Assembly: GCF_947302755.1 (NCBI RefSeq)
Contig: NZ_CAMYWM010000001.1
Location: 625 to 64,624, forward strand
From: an uncultured Anaerovibrio sp.
GTDB lineage: Bacteria; Bacillota; Negativicutes; Selenomonadales; Selenomonadaceae
Reading direction: 5' to 3'
DNA: 64,000 bases
How positions within the stretch are numbered: position 1 is the first letter of the stretch; each line of letters opens with the position of its first letter. A model generated the notes under the pieces. It had not been told where the DNA came from, did not search any database, and was given only the letters and a program-made list of their open reading frames with translations. This document shows, piece after piece, positions 36,062 through 44,235 of this stretch. The position numbers and the translations under genes are program-made.

Positions 36062-38422
36062 ATGAAGAGAAAATTACAATATAAAAAAATAGATAAAAAA
36101 ATAAAGCAGGTAAAAAATAAAATAACCAATAGGGAGCCGGAGGCGGAGGAGCTGGTTACCGGTGTGCTGTCCCTGTCCAGCCGGGGCTTTGGCTTTGTTA
36201 CCCCGGAGGGGAAGCAGAAAAATGAGGAGGATATCTTCATTGGGAAAAGCGGCCTTCATACTGCCATGAACGGTGACACCGTGCAGGTGCGCCTGTTTCC
36301 CCAATATGCTGTGACCCCAGGCCGTTCCAAGGAGGGGGAGGTATATAAGGTTATCGAGCGGGCCAACAGTAAGATTGTAGGTATTTTTGCGGCCAGCCGG
36401 AAATTTGGCTTTGTATCCCCGGATGATACCCGGATTAGGGAGGATATTTATATTCCTGAGGGTCAGTTTATGGGGGCCACCACTGGTGACAAGGTGGTGG
36501 TGGAGGTTACCCAGTGGCCGGAGAATGGCCGCAAGGCCGAGGGTCATGTGGTGGAGGTATTGGGCAAGGCCGATGCCCCTGGGGTGGATATTCTATCCAT
36601 TATGCGCCATTACGAGCTGTCCGAGACCTTCCCGGAGGCGGTACAGCAGGCGGCCGGCAATGTGGAGCAGTCCATCAATGCGGAGGACCATATCGGTAAA
36701 AATGGCCGGGAGGACCGCCGCCATTTGAAAATTGTCACCATTGACGGGGAGGATGCCAAGGACCTGGATGATGGTGTCTATGTGGAAAAGCATGAGGATG
36801 GCAGCTTCTTTCTGGGAGTCTACATTGCCGATGTCAGCTGGTATGTCCGGGAAAATCAGCCCCTGGATATTGAGGCCCAGGCCCGGGGCACCAGTGTGTA
36901 CCTGGTGGATCGGGTGGTACCAATGCTGCCCAAGGAGCTGTCCAATGGGATATGCAGCTTAAACGCCGGGGTGGATCGCCTGTCCATGGCCTGTGAAATG
37001 GAAATAAGTCCGGAGGGCCGGGTGACCAAATACAAAATCCTGCCGGTGGTGGTGCATGTATACCGCCGCCTGACCTACACACTGGTCAACAAGATTTTGG
37101 TGGAGCGGGACAAGGATTTTTGTAAGGACAATGAGGATATATTACCCCTTCTCTACAATCTGGAGGAGGTCCGTAACGCCATGTACAGCTATCGTCACAG
37201 ACGGGGAGCCATAAACTTCGAGGTGCCGGAAATAAAGGTGAAGCTGGATGAAAAGGGCCGGGCTGTGGGGCTGAAGAAGCGGGTCAGCAATTTGGGCGAG
37301 TCCATTGTGGAGCAGTGTATGCTGGCGGCCAATGAAACGGTGGCGGAGCACATGTGCCGCCGGAAGCAGCCATTTATGTACCGTATCCATGAGCAGCCGG
37401 AGCCAGGCAAAATAGAGGCACTAAATCAGCTGATGATGACTTTTGGACTGCGTTTGCGGACGAGTCAGGATGGAAGTATTCGGCCCAAGGATTTGCAGAT
37501 TGCCTTGGAAAAAATCGCCGGCAAGCCGGAGGAGAAAATATTGAGCACCGTCTCCCTGCGCTCTATGCAGCAGGCCCGTTATGCGGCGGAAAATGAGGGC
37601 CATTTTGGCCTGGCGGCAGAATATTATACCCATTTCACCTCGCCAATCCGTCGTTACCCGGATCTGATAGTTCACCGTTTGCTGCGGGAAAGCTTCCCTA
37701 CCGGGTCTATTCCCAAGGAGCGGCGGGAGCAGCTGATAAACAAGCTGCCGGAAATGGCGGATCACGCCTCCAAACGGGAGCGGATAGCCGTAGCGGCGGA
37801 GCGTGATACCACGGATCTGAAGAAGGTAGAATACATGGAGCAGTTCGTGGGGGATGCCTTTGAGGGGGTTATCAGCAGCGTCACCGGCTTTGGCTTTTTC
37901 GTGGAGCTGGATAATGGCGTAGAAGGGCTGGTGCACATGACCAGCTTACAGGATGATTACTACGATTACGTGGAATCCCGTTATGCGCTGGTGGGCAATC
38001 ACCATCACCGCAGCTATCAGCTGGGGGATACGGTGGAGGTTATTCTGGTGCGGGCCAGCGTGGAGGAAAAGGCCCTGGACTTCGTGGTAAAGGATAACTG
38101 CGATTCCAGAGCCCTTAATATGGCCAATTCCGCTGACCGGCGGGCTGGGGAAGAAGCCGGAAAGGCAACCGAGGCAGCAGGCCGGAGTGGCAGAGGGGCC
38201 CACAAGGGCGACAAAGGGCCCGCTAAGTCGGATAAAAAAGCCGCCAAGAAAAAATTCGACCGCAAAAAGCCGGCTAACGCTAAAAAAGCCAAGGCCAAGG
38301 AGAACAAGGCCAAGACGGCTGTCACCGCCTCCAAACCGAAAAAGAAAACCAAAGTGTCCAAGCGCAACAAGCACGACCACAAGGCCGTAAAGCGCAAAAA
38401 GGATATTATTGTCGAAATATAA
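36062..38422 (+). CDS. rnr: Ribonuclease R
   Basis: N-terminal OB/cold-shock region, RNB domain (TIDGEDAKDLDDGV, GTSVYLVDRVVPMLP, HFGLA..YTHFTSPIRRYPDLIVHR), S1 domain (FEGVISSVTGFGFFVELD) and a Lys-rich basic tail. Confidence 0.9.
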   Translation: MKRKLQYKKIDKKIKQVKNKITNREPEAEELVTGVLSLSSRGFGFVTPEGKQKNEEDIFIGKSGLHTAMNGDTVQVRLFPQYAVTPGRSKEGEVYKVIERANSKIVGIFAASRKFGFVSPDDTRIREDIYIPEGQFMGATTGDKVVVEVTQWPENGRKAEGHVVEVLGKADAPGVDILSIMRHYELSETFPEAVQQAAGNVEQSINAEDHIGKNGREDRRHLKIVTIDGEDAKDLDDGVYVEKHEDGSFFLGVYIADVSWYVRENQPLDIEAQARGTSVYLVDRVVPMLPKELSNGICSLNAGVDRLSMACEMEISPEGRVTKYKILPVVVHVYRRLTYTLVNKILVERDKDFCKDNEDILPLLYNLEEVRNAMYSYRHRRGAINFEVPEIKVKLDEKGRAVGLKKRVSNLGESIVEQCMLAANETVAEHMCRRKQPFMYRIHEQPEPGKIEALNQLMMTFGLRLRTSQDGSIRPKDLQIALEKIAGKPEEKILSTVSLRSMQQARYAAENEGHFGLAAEYYTHFTSPIRRYPDLIVHRLLRESFPTGSIPKERREQLINKLPEMADHASKRERIAVAAERDTTDLKKVEYMEQFVGDAFEGVISSVTGFGFFVELDNGVEGLVHMTSLQDDYYDYVESRYALVGNHHHRSYQLGDTVEVILVRASVEEKALDFVVKDNCDSRALNMANSADRRAGEEAGKATEAAGRSGRGAHKGDKGPAKSDKKAAKKKFDRKKPANAKKAKAKENKAKTAVTASKPKKKTKVSKRNKHDHKAVKRKKDIIVEI

Positions 38423-38450
38423 AGTATAACGCCTTCTTCTATTTTTATTT

Positions 38451-38570
38451 GGCCTTCCCCTTGCGACGCGAATGAAATGAGCTAGTCCCTTTAGGGGAGG
38501 GGAAGCACCCAAGGGTACTAGGAGCAAAGCTCCGTCGGTGTCCCGTCGAAGACGGTGGATGAGGTGTAAC
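38451..38570. repeat. REP-like composite repeat upstream of smpB
   Basis: Contains GGCCTTCCCC, CCCTTTAGGGGAGGGGAAG and GGTGGATGAGGTG modules related to family B. The core at 38513-38544 is the inverse of 39092-39126. Confidence 0.6.
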
Positions 38571-38583
38571 AGAAAGGTAACTA

Positions 38584-39051
38584 ATGGGAAGAAAAAATCA
38601 AGGCATAAAAATAGTCTGCGAAAACCGTAAGGCCCGTCACGATTATTTTATCCATGACACATTTGAGGCCGGGCTGGTGCTGCAGGGAACCGAAGTAAAA
38701 TCCCTGCGGGCGGGCAAGGCCAATCTTAAGGACAGCTACGCCGAAATCAAAAATGGCGAAATATTCATCGTGAATATGCATATCAGTCCCTATGACCATG
38801 GGAATATTTTCAATCACGACGAACGCAGGCCCCGCAAGCTATTGATGCACAAACAGGAAATAATTAAATTATTTAGTAAGACCCGGGAGAAGGGTTTTAC
38901 CATAGTTCCGTTGAAAATATACTTTGTCAAGGGCCGGGCCAAAATCGAAATCGCCCTGGCCAGTGGTAAACACAACTTTGACAAACGCCAGGACCTGAAG
39001 GACAAGGCCGTAAAGCGTGATGTGGAACGGGAATTGAGAGGGAAAGGATAA
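38584..39051 (+). CDS. smpB: SsrA-binding protein SmpB
   Basis: Motifs [57 protein letters not shown]. Confidence 0.95.
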   Translation: MGRKNQGIKIVCENRKARHDYFIHDTFEAGLVLQGTEVKSLRAGKANLKDSYAEIKNGEIFIVNMHISPYDHGNIFNHDERRPRKLLMHKQEIIKLFSKTREKGFTIVPLKIYFVKGRAKIEIALASGKHNFDKRQDLKDKAVKRDVERELRGKG

Positions 39052-39068
39052 TTGTCGCTTCAAATAAT

Positions 39069-39180
39069 AAGCACCCCTTCCGTCAGCCCAAGGGATGCCA
39101 CCGATGGAGCCTTGCTCCTAGTAACCTTGCTGTCACAATCCCTTTCCTTGCCTCCCTCGGGGGAGGTGCCCGGAGGGGGT
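39069..39180. repeat. REP-like composite repeat downstream of smpB
   Basis: The reverse complement of 39092-39126 (GGTTACTAGGAGCAAGGCTCCATCGGTGGCATCCC) matches 38513-38544. Also contains the hairpin CCTCCCTCGGGGGAGG. Confidence 0.6.
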
Positions 39181-39205
39181 AACAATTTTTAAGGAGGGTT
39201 TTTTG

Positions 39206-40183
39206 ATGTCAAAAAATATAGCAGTACTAACCAGCGGTAACGACTGCCCAGGCATGAACGCCTGTATCCGGGCAGTGGTACGCACCGCAGTTCATCAGGG
39301 CGCACGGATTTGGGGCGTTCATAACGGCTACAGAGGCCTGATTAACGACGAAATCGAAGAGCTGAACACCCGCAGCGTCGGTGACATGATACAGCGGGGC
39401 GGCACCTTTTTGGGCATTGCCCGCAGCGGTGAATTCTTTGAAGAGGAGGGCCGCCGTCAGGGGTATGAAAACCTGATAAAGCACGGTATCGACGGCCTCA
39501 TTGTCATCGGTGGCAGCGGCAGCATCAAGGGAGCCGCTACCATGAGCAAGGAATGTGGCATGCCGGTTATCGGCATTCCTGGCACCATTGAAAACGATGT
39601 ATGGGGCACCGACTACACTATTGGCTCCGATACAGCAGCCAATACAGTGGTGGATGCCATCAACAAGCTCCGGGATACCGCCTGTGCCCATCGCCGTATC
39701 GTCCTTATCGAGGTAATGGGCAAAACCTCCGGCTGGCTGGCCATGACGGCTGGCATTGCCGGCGGTGCCGAGTATGTATTGGTGCCTGAAACCAAATCCA
39801 ATATCGACCAGATTTGTGCCGAAATCCGGGAGGACTACGCCAAGGGTAAAAAATACAGCCTGCTGGTAGTAGCCGATGGTGCCCTGAAGGGCATGGGGGT
39901 CACCACCACGGAGCTGGGCAAGCAGATTCAGGAAAAAACGGAAATCGATACCCGGGTGACGGTGCTGGGCCACATCCAGCGGGGCGGCTCCCCAACAGTG
40001 GAGGACCGCATCAACGCCAGCATGCTGGGTGAAAAGGCCGTCCTGGCCATGCTGGAGGGCAAGCAGGACGTGGTAGTAGGCTTCGATACCGGCGTAGTAG
40101 TAGAAATTCCAATAGACGAAGCCACCAACAACCGCAAGACCCTGGATACAGAGTTCATAAGACTCTCCAAGGTACTGGCTTAA
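39206..40183 (+). CDS. pfkA: PfkA-family 6-phosphofructokinase homolog with non-canonical active-site residues
   Basis: Full-length colinearity with PfkA (NIAVLTSG, PGMNA, RGGTFLG, GIPGTI-ND, GTDYTIG, VLGHIQRGGSP). However GGD is GND, GGDGS is GGSGS, TIDND is TIEND and MGR is MGK. Confidence 0.8.
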   Translation: MSKNIAVLTSGNDCPGMNACIRAVVRTAVHQGARIWGVHNGYRGLINDEIEELNTRSVGDMIQRGGTFLGIARSGEFFEEEGRRQGYENLIKHGIDGLIVIGGSGSIKGAATMSKECGMPVIGIPGTIENDVWGTDYTIGSDTAANTVVDAINKLRDTACAHRRIVLIEVMGKTSGWLAMTAGIAGGAEYVLVPETKSNIDQICAEIREDYAKGKKYSLLVVADGALKGMGVTTTELGKQIQEKTEIDTRVTVLGHIQRGGSPTVEDRINASMLGEKAVLAMLEGKQDVVVGFDTGVVVEIPIDEATNNRKTLDTEFIRLSKVLA

Positions 40184-40219
40184 TAGTTCGCAAAGTGATA
40201 TTTTTCATATAAGAATTAT

Positions 40220-40277
40220 CAGATAAAGACTTGTCGCATTACATTTGGTTTGTCATGCGACAAGTTTATCTGTTTTT
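40220..40277 (+). terminator. Rho-independent terminator after pfkA
   Basis: CAGATAAAGACTTGTCGCAT ... ATGCGACAAGTTTATCTG followed by TTTTT. Confidence 0.8.
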
Positions 40278-40322
40278 AGTTTTGAATAAAATACCATAGG
40301 GCATTTTTTTTACCAACTAAGT

Positions 40323-40351
40323 TTGACTACAGTCATTTATGATAGTATAAT
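40323..40351 (+). promoter_or_regulatory. Near-consensus sigma-70-type promoter for the kinase/HIRAN module
   Basis: TTGACT (40323-40328), 17-nt spacer, TATAAT (40346-40351). Confidence 0.6.
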
Positions 40352-40392
40352 CACAGTGAATTATAGCTATATCTTTGTGGAGGAAAATTGAA

Positions 40393-41304
40393 TTGAAAGT
40401 TGTGACAATTAAAGACTTTAGTTCATGGTCTCTTTATGATGGATTTGCTGAGGGTAGTGGACGTAGCGAGAAGGTTTGGTTGCAATCCTCTTCAGGCCGA
40501 ATAGGCTTATTTAAATATCCCAAAACTGATGAAAACAATATAAGCAATACTACAGAGCATGTATCTGAACATTTGGCATATTGTTTAGGACTTTGTTTGG
40601 GAATTCCTATTGCTGAAGTAGATATCGGTGTATATAAAAATCGTATTGGGTGTATGAGCTATTTAATTAATGGCAAACATGAGTCAATTGTTGAGGCTGC
40701 TCTGTTCATTAGTGGGTTTCATTCAGATTATGACTTGAATGAAATGATGGAAAAAGAGTCGGGGCGGTATTATTGCTTAGAACATGTATTTGAAGTGACA
40801 GCATTACCTCATATGAAATATCAAGCAATTCAAATGATGGTATTTGACTTTATAATTGGCAATTCGGATAGACATCAAAATAATTGGGCAATGATAATTA
40901 AACATGACAAGGCAAATAAACCAGTAGATTGGAAATTTTGTCCACTGTATGATAATGGATCATCGCTGTGTTGTTATGTTGATGATTCGGCTGTGGATGA
41001 ATATCTTGGCAGAGATAGGAATCGTTTTGAATCGCTAGTTAATTCGAAGTCAAGGTCTATGATACGAATTGACGGTAATACCAAGAAGAGGCCAACGCAT
41101 ACGGAGATGGTAAGGCATTTATTGATGAATTATTCTGACACTGGGAAAATTGTGGATGATTTTTTAGGGAAATTATCAAATGAAAGAATTAATTTGTTAT
41201 TAGATTCGTATGAAAATGTGTTGTCTATTCGTAAAATTGAGTTAATAAAGAAGTTTTTGATTAGAAAGCTAGAAATATTATCTCACTTGAAAGATGGTGG
41301 TTAA
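40393..41304 (+). CDS. Short HipA-family Ser/Thr kinase (core kinase only, HipT-like architecture)
   Basis: Gly-rich EGSGRSEKVW, catalytic IGNSDRHQNNW (DRHQNN at 40867-40884) and CPLYDNGSS. It lacks the N-terminal HipA subdomain. The TTG at 40393 lies 8 nt after GGAGGA; the longest ORF starts at 40375. Confidence 0.7.
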   Translation: MKVVTIKDFSSWSLYDGFAEGSGRSEKVWLQSSSGRIGLFKYPKTDENNISNTTEHVSEHLAYCLGLCLGIPIAEVDIGVYKNRIGCMSYLINGKHESIVEAALFISGFHSDYDLNEMMEKESGRYYCLEHVFEVTALPHMKYQAIQMMVFDFIIGNSDRHQNNWAMIIKHDKANKPVDWKFCPLYDNGSSLCCYVDDSAVDEYLGRDRNRFESLVNSKSRSMIRIDGNTKKRPTHTEMVRHLLMNYSDTGKIVDDFLGKLSNERINLLLDSYENVLSIRKIELIKKFLIRKLEILSHLKDGG

Positions 41305-41306
41305 TA

Positions 41307-41990
41307 ATGGAAGCAAAACAATATTTGTATTTGGTATGGAAAGATCCTATTAGTAGAAGAAATTACACGGTTGGTAAGTTGTCAAAAGGAAGCGAGTATA
41401 CATTTGAGTATTGTGGTGAGTACCTGCAAGCCAAAGACGTAGGTTGGGATTATATTAAGTCATTTCCTAACGATGAAACATATCATAGTAAAGTGCTTTT
41501 TCCAGCTTTTTCTAGTCGTCTACCCGATAAAAAAAGAAAAGATATTGTTTCTGTTTTAACTAAATATGGTTTATCTGAATATAATGGTTTTGATTTGTTG
41601 AGAAAAAGTGGTGGAAGGCTACCAATCGATAATTATGAATTCGTTGAACCAATTGTTTTTTGTGATAATGTTGCAATTAAGGAATTTTATGTTGGTGGGA
41701 TTAGGCATGTTAGTAAGTGTTTTGGGAAAGACTGTCGATCTTTACCCAAATTAAGTGGAGGTACGCAGTTAAATTTAGTACCGGAACCAAATAACGAGTA
41801 TGATACTAATGCTGTACTAGTTAAAACTATAGACGGAAACAGTGTTGGATATGTACCTAGGTACTACAGTAAAGATGTTACATCCTTTTTGAAAACAGAT
41901 GGAAAGTATGAATGTGTAGTATTAGAAAAAAATAACGAAAAGAATTGTCAAGACTGTGTGAAAGTTAAATTGGTAATGTCAAAAGTATAA
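41307..41990 (+). CDS. HipS-like N-terminal domain fused to a HIRAN domain (putative cognate partner/antitoxin)
   Basis: N-terminal half: LVWKDPISRRNYTVGKL, FPAFSSRLPDKKRKD and LLRKSGGRLPIDNYEF resemble the HipA N-subdomain. C-terminal half: GIRH..GTQLNLVPEPNNEYDTNAVLV..GNSVGYVPRYYSKDV is a HIRAN-type pattern. A 2-nt gap separates it from the kinase. Confidence 0.6.
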   Translation: MEAKQYLYLVWKDPISRRNYTVGKLSKGSEYTFEYCGEYLQAKDVGWDYIKSFPNDETYHSKVLFPAFSSRLPDKKRKDIVSVLTKYGLSEYNGFDLLRKSGGRLPIDNYEFVEPIVFCDNVAIKEFYVGGIRHVSKCFGKDCRSLPKLSGGTQLNLVPEPNNEYDTNAVLVKTIDGNSVGYVPRYYSKDVTSFLKTDGKYECVVLEKNNEKNCQDCVKVKLVMSKV

Positions 41991-42066
41991 TGAGTATTAA
42001 AACTGTGTTTGAACTCTTATTGCAGCAAATTGTTTAATAGGGTGCTGACATATACAGAAGATGAAT

Positions 42067-42095
42067 TTGACAGACTATTTGTGTCTGTACATAAT
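42067..42095 (+). promoter_or_regulatory. Candidate promoter upstream of desulfoferrodoxin
   Basis: TTGACA (42067-42072), 17-nt spacer, CATAAT (42090-42095). Confidence 0.45.
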
Positions 42096-42214
42096 AAATA
42101 ATTTTACACCCACATTTTTCCTTTTATTTTTCAGACTCATATCATATAATTAACCCAGATATCCGTTTTGAGCGATTTTTTTAATATTGTGTGTATTGAT
42201 TGGAGTGGATCGAA

Positions 42215-42583
42215 ATGAGATTTTTCAAGTGTGATTTGTGCGGCAACATTACTACGGCCCTGACTGATGTAAAGGGGCCTTTGTCCTGCTGTGGTCAGGG
42301 GATGACCGAGCTTATCCCTGGCACCACTGATGCCGCTCAGGAGAAGCATGTACCGGCTGTTACGGTGGAGGGCAACAAGGTCGCCGTCAAGGTGGGCAGC
42401 GTGGAGCATCCAATGACGGACGCCCATTACATTCAGTGGATTGTCATTGAAACAGACAAGGGCTGCCAGATGAAGAAGCTGACTCCACAGGACAAGCCAG
42501 AGGCAGAGTTCCTGCTGCTGGAGGGAGAGAAGCTGGTGGCCACCTATGAGTACTGCAACCTCCATGGTTTGTGGAAGGCCTGA
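42215..42583 (+). CDS. dfx: Desulfoferrodoxin (2Fe superoxide reductase)
   Basis: N-terminal desulforedoxin-like CDLC..CCG cysteines. EKHVP motif. C-terminal C-N-L-H-G-L-W (Cys/His ligands of centre II). Confidence 0.85.
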   Translation: MRFFKCDLCGNITTALTDVKGPLSCCGQGMTELIPGTTDAAQEKHVPAVTVEGNKVAVKVGSVEHPMTDAHYIQWIVIETDKGCQMKKLTPQDKPEAEFLLLEGEKLVATYEYCNLHGLWKA

Positions 42584-42629
42584 TGATACACAAAGGCTTG
42601 TTGTATAACATCATAAATAATTAAACGCT

Positions 42630-42673
42630 AAAGAACCGGTAAATGGGTTGCTCTCATTGGCCGGTTCTTTTAT
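42630..42673 (+). terminator. Rho-independent terminator after dfx
   Basis: AAAGAACCGG ... CCGGTTCTTT followed by TAT. Confidence 0.65.
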
Positions 42674-42704
42674 TGTGGCATAGGCTAATGAAATATACAT
42701 CATC

Positions 42705-44222
42705 ATGTTGAATATGTATGTAGACTATGGTAAAATGGCTTTTAGGTTTTATACGAAAATAATTTTTGGAGGAAAAAATTTGCAGGAAGAAACAAAACAT
42801 AATTCCTCAGCCTTTCGTCACTATACCCATGTGCTGGTGTTCATGGCGGTGGATTATGCAGCCGTGGTGCTGGCCCAGCTGCTTTCCTATCAGCTGTGTA
42901 TTTTGAACGGCAGGGTATTGGCCAAATCCTTGGTATTTTCACCAGAATATCAATACATATATATACCAGTCATCTTTATCCTTTGTATCGGTACCAATCA
43001 CGGCTACCGGTTCAATCGCCCATCCATGGAATTTAGCCGGGATGTGTTCAAGGGCGTAGTATTTGGTATAATTATGTGCGGTATTCTGCTTTTTGCTATG
43101 CATGAAAGCCTGTTGGTATCGAGAGCCTATGCGGCCTTTGTGTCAGTGTCGGTGATGCTGCTGGTGGCAGTTTTTCGTTATGGCATACTAAAGAAGTTGA
43201 AAACCATGCCTATATTAAAGGAAAATCTTCTGATTATCGGTGCAGGAAAAACGGCTGAACGAATAAAAAATTACTTTGATAATGATATAGTATATAGGTA
43301 TAATGTAGTAGGTCTTTTGGACGATCATCCAATATCCGAAAAGCTGGCGGAGGAATATCCTTTGCTGGGGGGAATTGATGACTCTATTGAAGTGATACAG
43401 CGGGAGGAAGTAAAGTCTGTATTGGTAGCCATTCCGGGCATGGAGCATGAACGGATGAACGTGTTGCTGGCGGATATTCGTCCCTATGTGCGCAATATCC
43501 TCTTTGCCCCTGACTTGGTGGGCACCCCTATGGGGCGGGTTCATATTCATACCCTGTTCAGTCAGCAGATCACTCTTATCAAGAGCTATAACGATATGTC
43601 CAGAACCTGGAATAAATTCGTCAAGCGGTCCTTTGACCTTATCAGCACCACTATCAGTCTGCCAATTATAATTCCGGTGTTGACTATTTTGGGAATTATT
43701 ATAAAATTAGACTCAAAGGGCAGTGTATTTTACAATGCAGAGCGCATGGGTGAGGGTGGCAAAAGCTTCACCTGCTATAAGTTCCGCTCCATGTACACCG
43801 ATGGTGATGAACGGCTGAAAAAATATCTGGCCGAAAATCCTGAGGCGGCGGCCGAGTGGAAGGAATTCGCCAAGCTGCGAGGCTATGACCCCAGAGTCAC
43901 CAAATGTGGCAAGTGGATGCGCCGCCTGAGCCTGGACGAGTTTCCCCAGCTCATAAACGTGCTGGAGGGCACCATGAGCCTGGTGGGACCAAGACCATAT
44001 CTGCCACGGGAAAAGGCGGATATAGGTGCTGACCTTGATACCATCATTTTGTCCAAGCCGGGAATTACCGGCTTTTGGCAGGTAAACGGCCGCAATGATG
44101 TGTCCTTTGCCGCCAGGGTGGCCATGGATGTATGGTATGTAAACAACTGGTCCTTTGCCAGGGATATTATGTTCCTGCTGAAGACGGTAAAAATAGTGTT
44201 TGATAAAAATGGAGCTTACTGA
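42705..44222 (+). CDS. Polyprenyl-phosphate sugar-1-phosphate transferase (WbaP/EpsL type initiating enzyme); start uncertain (alternative TTG at 42780 after GGAGG)
   Basis: N-terminal TM block, central Rossmann-like LLIIGAGKTAERI, and the C-terminal Bac_transf domain (KRSFDLISTTISLPII, GSVFYNAERMGEGGKSFTCYKFRSM, MSLVGPRP). Confidence 0.85.
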   Translation: MLNMYVDYGKMAFRFYTKIIFGGKNLQEETKHNSSAFRHYTHVLVFMAVDYAAVVLAQLLSYQLCILNGRVLAKSLVFSPEYQYIYIPVIFILCIGTNHGYRFNRPSMEFSRDVFKGVVFGIIMCGILLFAMHESLLVSRAYAAFVSVSVMLLVAVFRYGILKKLKTMPILKENLLIIGAGKTAERIKNYFDNDIVYRYNVVGLLDDHPISEKLAEEYPLLGGIDDSIEVIQREEVKSVLVAIPGMEHERMNVLLADIRPYVRNILFAPDLVGTPMGRVHIHTLFSQQITLIKSYNDMSRTWNKFVKRSFDLISTTISLPIIIPVLTILGIIIKLDSKGSVFYNAERMGEGGKSFTCYKFRSMYTDGDERLKKYLAENPEAAAEWKEFAKLRGYDPRVTKCGKWMRRLSLDEFPQLINVLEGTMSLVGPRPYLPREKADIGADLDTIILSKPGITGFWQVNGRNDVSFAARVAMDVWYVNNWSFARDIMFLLKTVKIVFDKNGAY

Positions 44223-44235
44223 ACGGAGAAATATT

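Noticed and set aside
38100-38422. Lys/Ala-rich tail of the rnr ORF, and the alternative-frame ORFs within it (38187-38390, 38017-38397), as a separate histone-like or antisense gene.
   Set aside because: It is continuous in frame with the S1 domain. Basic C-terminal tails are a normal feature of RNase R. The alternative frames are by-products of the repetitive AAG/GCC composition.
39052-39205. Expected tmRNA (ssrA) downstream of smpB.
   Set aside because: Only 154 nt are available. The sequence is a REP-like repeat with no GGGG..acceptor/T-arm..CCA features and no tag-peptide reading frame.
41990-42037. A 15-codon ORF (MSIKTVFELLLQQIV) overlapping the stop of the HIRAN gene (TAATG), as a possible third component of the module.
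   Set aside because: It is too short, has no RBS, is compositionally indistinguishable from the AT-rich spacer, and shows no recognisable features.
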